From NCBI RefSeq assembly GCF_001194135.2, contig NC_068983.1:29491004-29525535 (forward strand): 34,532 nt of DNA. The letters run 5' to 3'. Position 1 is the first letter of the stretch; each line of letters opens with the position of its first letter. Under the pieces are notes generated by a model. That model had not been told where the DNA came from, made no database searches, and saw only the letters and a list, made by a program, of their open reading frames with translations. Shown here one piece after another: positions 31,911 through 34,532 of the stretch. Source of the stretch: Octopus bimaculoides (Eukaryota). The position numbers and the translations under genes were made by a program.

Positions 31911-32258
31911 TCTTTTATCTTTTACTTCTTTCAGTCTTCAGACTGTGGCCATGCTGGGGCACTGCCTAGAAGAATTTTTAGTCACAGACATCGACCGCAG
32001 TACTTTTATTTTTCTAATGCCTGATCTCTTTTGTTGAACCACTAAGTTCTGAGGATGTAAACTCACCAACATCGGTTGCCAAGTGGTGGTGGTGGTGGGG
32101 GCGACAAATACATACACAAAGTCACGCACACACACACACAAATATACGATGGACTTCCTCCAGTTTCTATCTACCAAATCCACTCACAAGGCTTTGGTCT
32201 GCTGGATGCTATAGTAGAAGATACTTGCCCTGGGTGTCACATGGTGGGACTAAACCTG
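31911..32258 (-). mobile_element. SINE family D, 5'-truncated, internal (CA)n tract
   Basis: Homologous in reverse to 28600-28930; internal CACACACACAC at about 32125-32140. Confidence 0.9.
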
Positions 32259-32779
32259 TGCTTTATAATTTTTGTTTACTTAGGGTTGACATCACTATAA
32301 TCCATCTCCAATTGTACACACACTAAATGTTGGTGTTTGTTTCTGCATTTAGTGTCAAGCATTGTTTCTTTCTCTATATTGCTTTAGTTTGGCATCTCCT
32401 AATTTCTCTATGAAACCCTCTACTTTTTGTCATAATTCTACTGCAGTGACTTCCAGATATTTGACCAATGTGACATAAATGAAGTAAACAGTGAAAACAG
32501 AGAAACTATGATTGATTACAGTATGGTAGTGCCAAAGGCGATGCCAAATCACACCACAACTCAGTGCATAACTTTTAACACTGCCTGATTTTAAAGTAAG
32601 TATTAGTGGAATTTTAGCCCACACTTTACCAATGGTAATTTGTGCAGTGGTTCTTTGCTATTGTTTCACTGAGCAGTCACACATCTGTGGTGTTATAGTT
32701 TGTGTCAATCTCCGTATGGTTACACAAAAGTGTCTCTCTAATGGAAGTGGTGTGTTAAAGACATAAACAATCTACTCAT

Positions 32780-33310
32780 TAGACTAACGATGGAAATATG
32801 TCACTAATACTCTCATTTATGTTCCAGTTGTAATTGAAGATACTTTGCAATTTCTGCATTCCCATGAGAGATATTAATACTAATGAACATTCACACACTT
32901 TGTTTAATCAGGGTGAGGGGCAGGCAACCATTCATTATCATTCTTAGTCAGTTTTAATTGTCCTACATACATGTTTCATCTAGTCACTATTGTTCCAAAA
33001 ATTGATAGCGGAATAAATTTGAAAAGATAATCCACTGTTGTAATTTCTACTAGATTGTGACTAGAAGCAACTTTAGAAGAGAAAGTGGATTAAATAATTG
33101 GATTAATATTGGAGTGTCGTTCATCACAACATTAGCTAATGAATTTGTTGCAGATTTTAGTCCCTTCATCATTTCTTATGCTGCTGTGGCTTCTGACAAA
33201 TCAATATCAGATTCTTCATTGTGGATGCTTAAAATACTTTTTTCTGTGTCACTGTCAGTAAAATCTTCCAAGTTATATTCAGTTTTAACACAGATCCTCA
33301 AAACTCAATG
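32780..33310 (-). mobile_element. piggyBac-like transposase remnant (N-terminal half), heavily decayed
   Basis: Acidic N-terminus EDFTDSDTEKSILSIHNEESDIDLSE, then ITTVDYLFKFIPLSIFGTIVTR*NMYVGQ (cf. DYF..F....IV..TN.YA.Q) and LISLMGMQKLQSIFNYNW (cf. LMG..KLP...DYW), in colinear order. Confidence 0.55.
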
Positions 33311-33339
33311 CTGTTATGGTTGTTGTTGAGACCCATATA

Positions 33340-34215
33340 ACCTTCATAATCAAAGGCATTACAACCACGAATGAAACTGAAAATAGGTGGGTAAAGAAAA
33401 GAATGCATGGACAATTTCATAGGGATGTTGAAAATAAGATAGACAGAGAAAAAAGATGGCTGTGGATGACTAAAAGTGATTTAAAACCGGAAACAGAGGC
33501 TCTAATCTTTGCTGCCCAAGAGCAAGCGCTAAGAACAAACTACATAAAATACAGAATAGGTAACACATCAGAAAGTGATAATTGCAGAATTTGTGGACAA
33601 AATGGTGAAACTGTATGGCATATTACCAGCCAATGTATGCAACTAGCCCAGAAAGAATATAAGAGATGCCACGACAATATAGCAAGGCTTGTCCATTGGA
33701 CACTTTGCAACAAGTATGGACTTGACAGAGCAAAAAATTGGGATGACCACAAACCCAAAAGCATCATCAAAAATGATAATGCAAAGATCTCGTGGGATTT
33801 TATGATTCAGTGTGACCATGAGATAGAGAATAGGAACCTAGACATAGTGTTAATTATGCTGGATCATAGATATAGCATGCCCAACTGACAACAAGGTATG
33901 CAATAAGGAAGAAAGAAAAGTCGATAGATAAGACAACTTAGGGAGGTTAAATAGTTGTGGTCGATGAAAAAGGTGGTAGTAGTACCAATAATTGTCGGAG
34001 CCCTGGGAACAGTAAATAAAAATCTTGAGAAGTACATGGAACAAATAGGAGCTGCAATAAGGGTGGAGCACTTTGCAGAAAACAGCACTGCTTGGAACTG
34101 CTTGAATATTCTGGAAGGTGCTCAAAAAATAAGAGGCTCTACCTTAGTTCACTGGTAGTGAACAGCTGATACCATAGTACATCTCCAGCGTTAGAAGCTG
34201 TGCAAAGGCAATAAA
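33340..34215 (+). mobile_element. R4/Dong-clade non-LTR retrotransposon 3' part (zinc knuckle plus restriction-like endonuclease), 5'-truncated
   Basis: WVKKRMHGQF...LKPETEALIFAAQEQALRTN...CRICGQNGETVWHITSQC (C-x2-C-x8-H-x4-C)...KRCHD...WDFMIQCDHEIENRNLDIV, frameshift, CWIIDIACPTD...VVPIIVGALG...LQKTALLGTA. Confidence 0.9.
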
Positions 34216-34235
34216 ATCAAATCATGATTGAATAG

Positions 34236-34532
34236 CTGAAAATTAAAGAAACCAGTATGAATGAATGCGACACTCTCCCCAAAATTCGCAATTCTAACCA
34301 AAACCTGAAAATAATTGGTAAAATCCACCTTGCACTTAAGGATATAATTTCAGCTAATGATGTTGATATTACAGATCTCAACCACCTGTACTATGCATCC
34401 GCAAAAATCTCAACGGTTCTATGTGGTGAAAAGATTAGAAAACGACAACACTCCCACAAAAAGCCTTCTTGGCAAGAGCGCATTCAACACCAAATTAAGC
34501 TACTTAGATCTGACATAGAATGTTTGAAAACC
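34236..34532 (+). mobile_element. Second R4/Dong-like element, N-terminal ORF region, open to the window edge
   Basis: 99 open codons: ...DTLPKIRNSNQNLKIIGKIHLALKDII...ITDLNHLYYASA...KKPSWQERIQHQIKLLRSDIECLKT, resembling the LPKL...N.L.YAAA...P.W..R....I..LR.DI region upstream of R4-type RTs. Confidence 0.7.

Overview
AT-rich, microsatellite-dense metazoan genomic DNA with four assembly gaps. The repeat families resemble those I recall from octopus genomes; that taxon call is an inference. I can support no host protein-coding gene, rRNA, tRNA or CRISPR array, and most ORFs in the track are artefacts of microsatellites, N-runs or antisense reading of repeats. The window is intergenic or intronic and is a mosaic of decayed mobile elements. 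Retroelements: RTE-clade LINE fragments (two encode a C4HC3 PHD-like finger inside the reverse transcriptase), R4/Dong-type LINE fragments in tandem, Penelope-like remnants, and four or more tRNA-derived SINE families, several with clear target-site duplications (TSDs). DNA transposons: mariner, DD37D (maT-like) and piggyBac-like transposase remnants, hAT-type MITEs, and a long-TIR element with an 8-bp TSD that encloses TTAGGG-like repeats. Best leads: (1) two copies of a minimal type I hammerhead-ribozyme-like motif sharing a non-canonical CUGUNGA core; (2) the PHD finger inside the RTE RT; (3) the telomere-repeat-carrying TIR element; (4) an 84-bp near-perfect palindrome whose arms are themselves hairpins.
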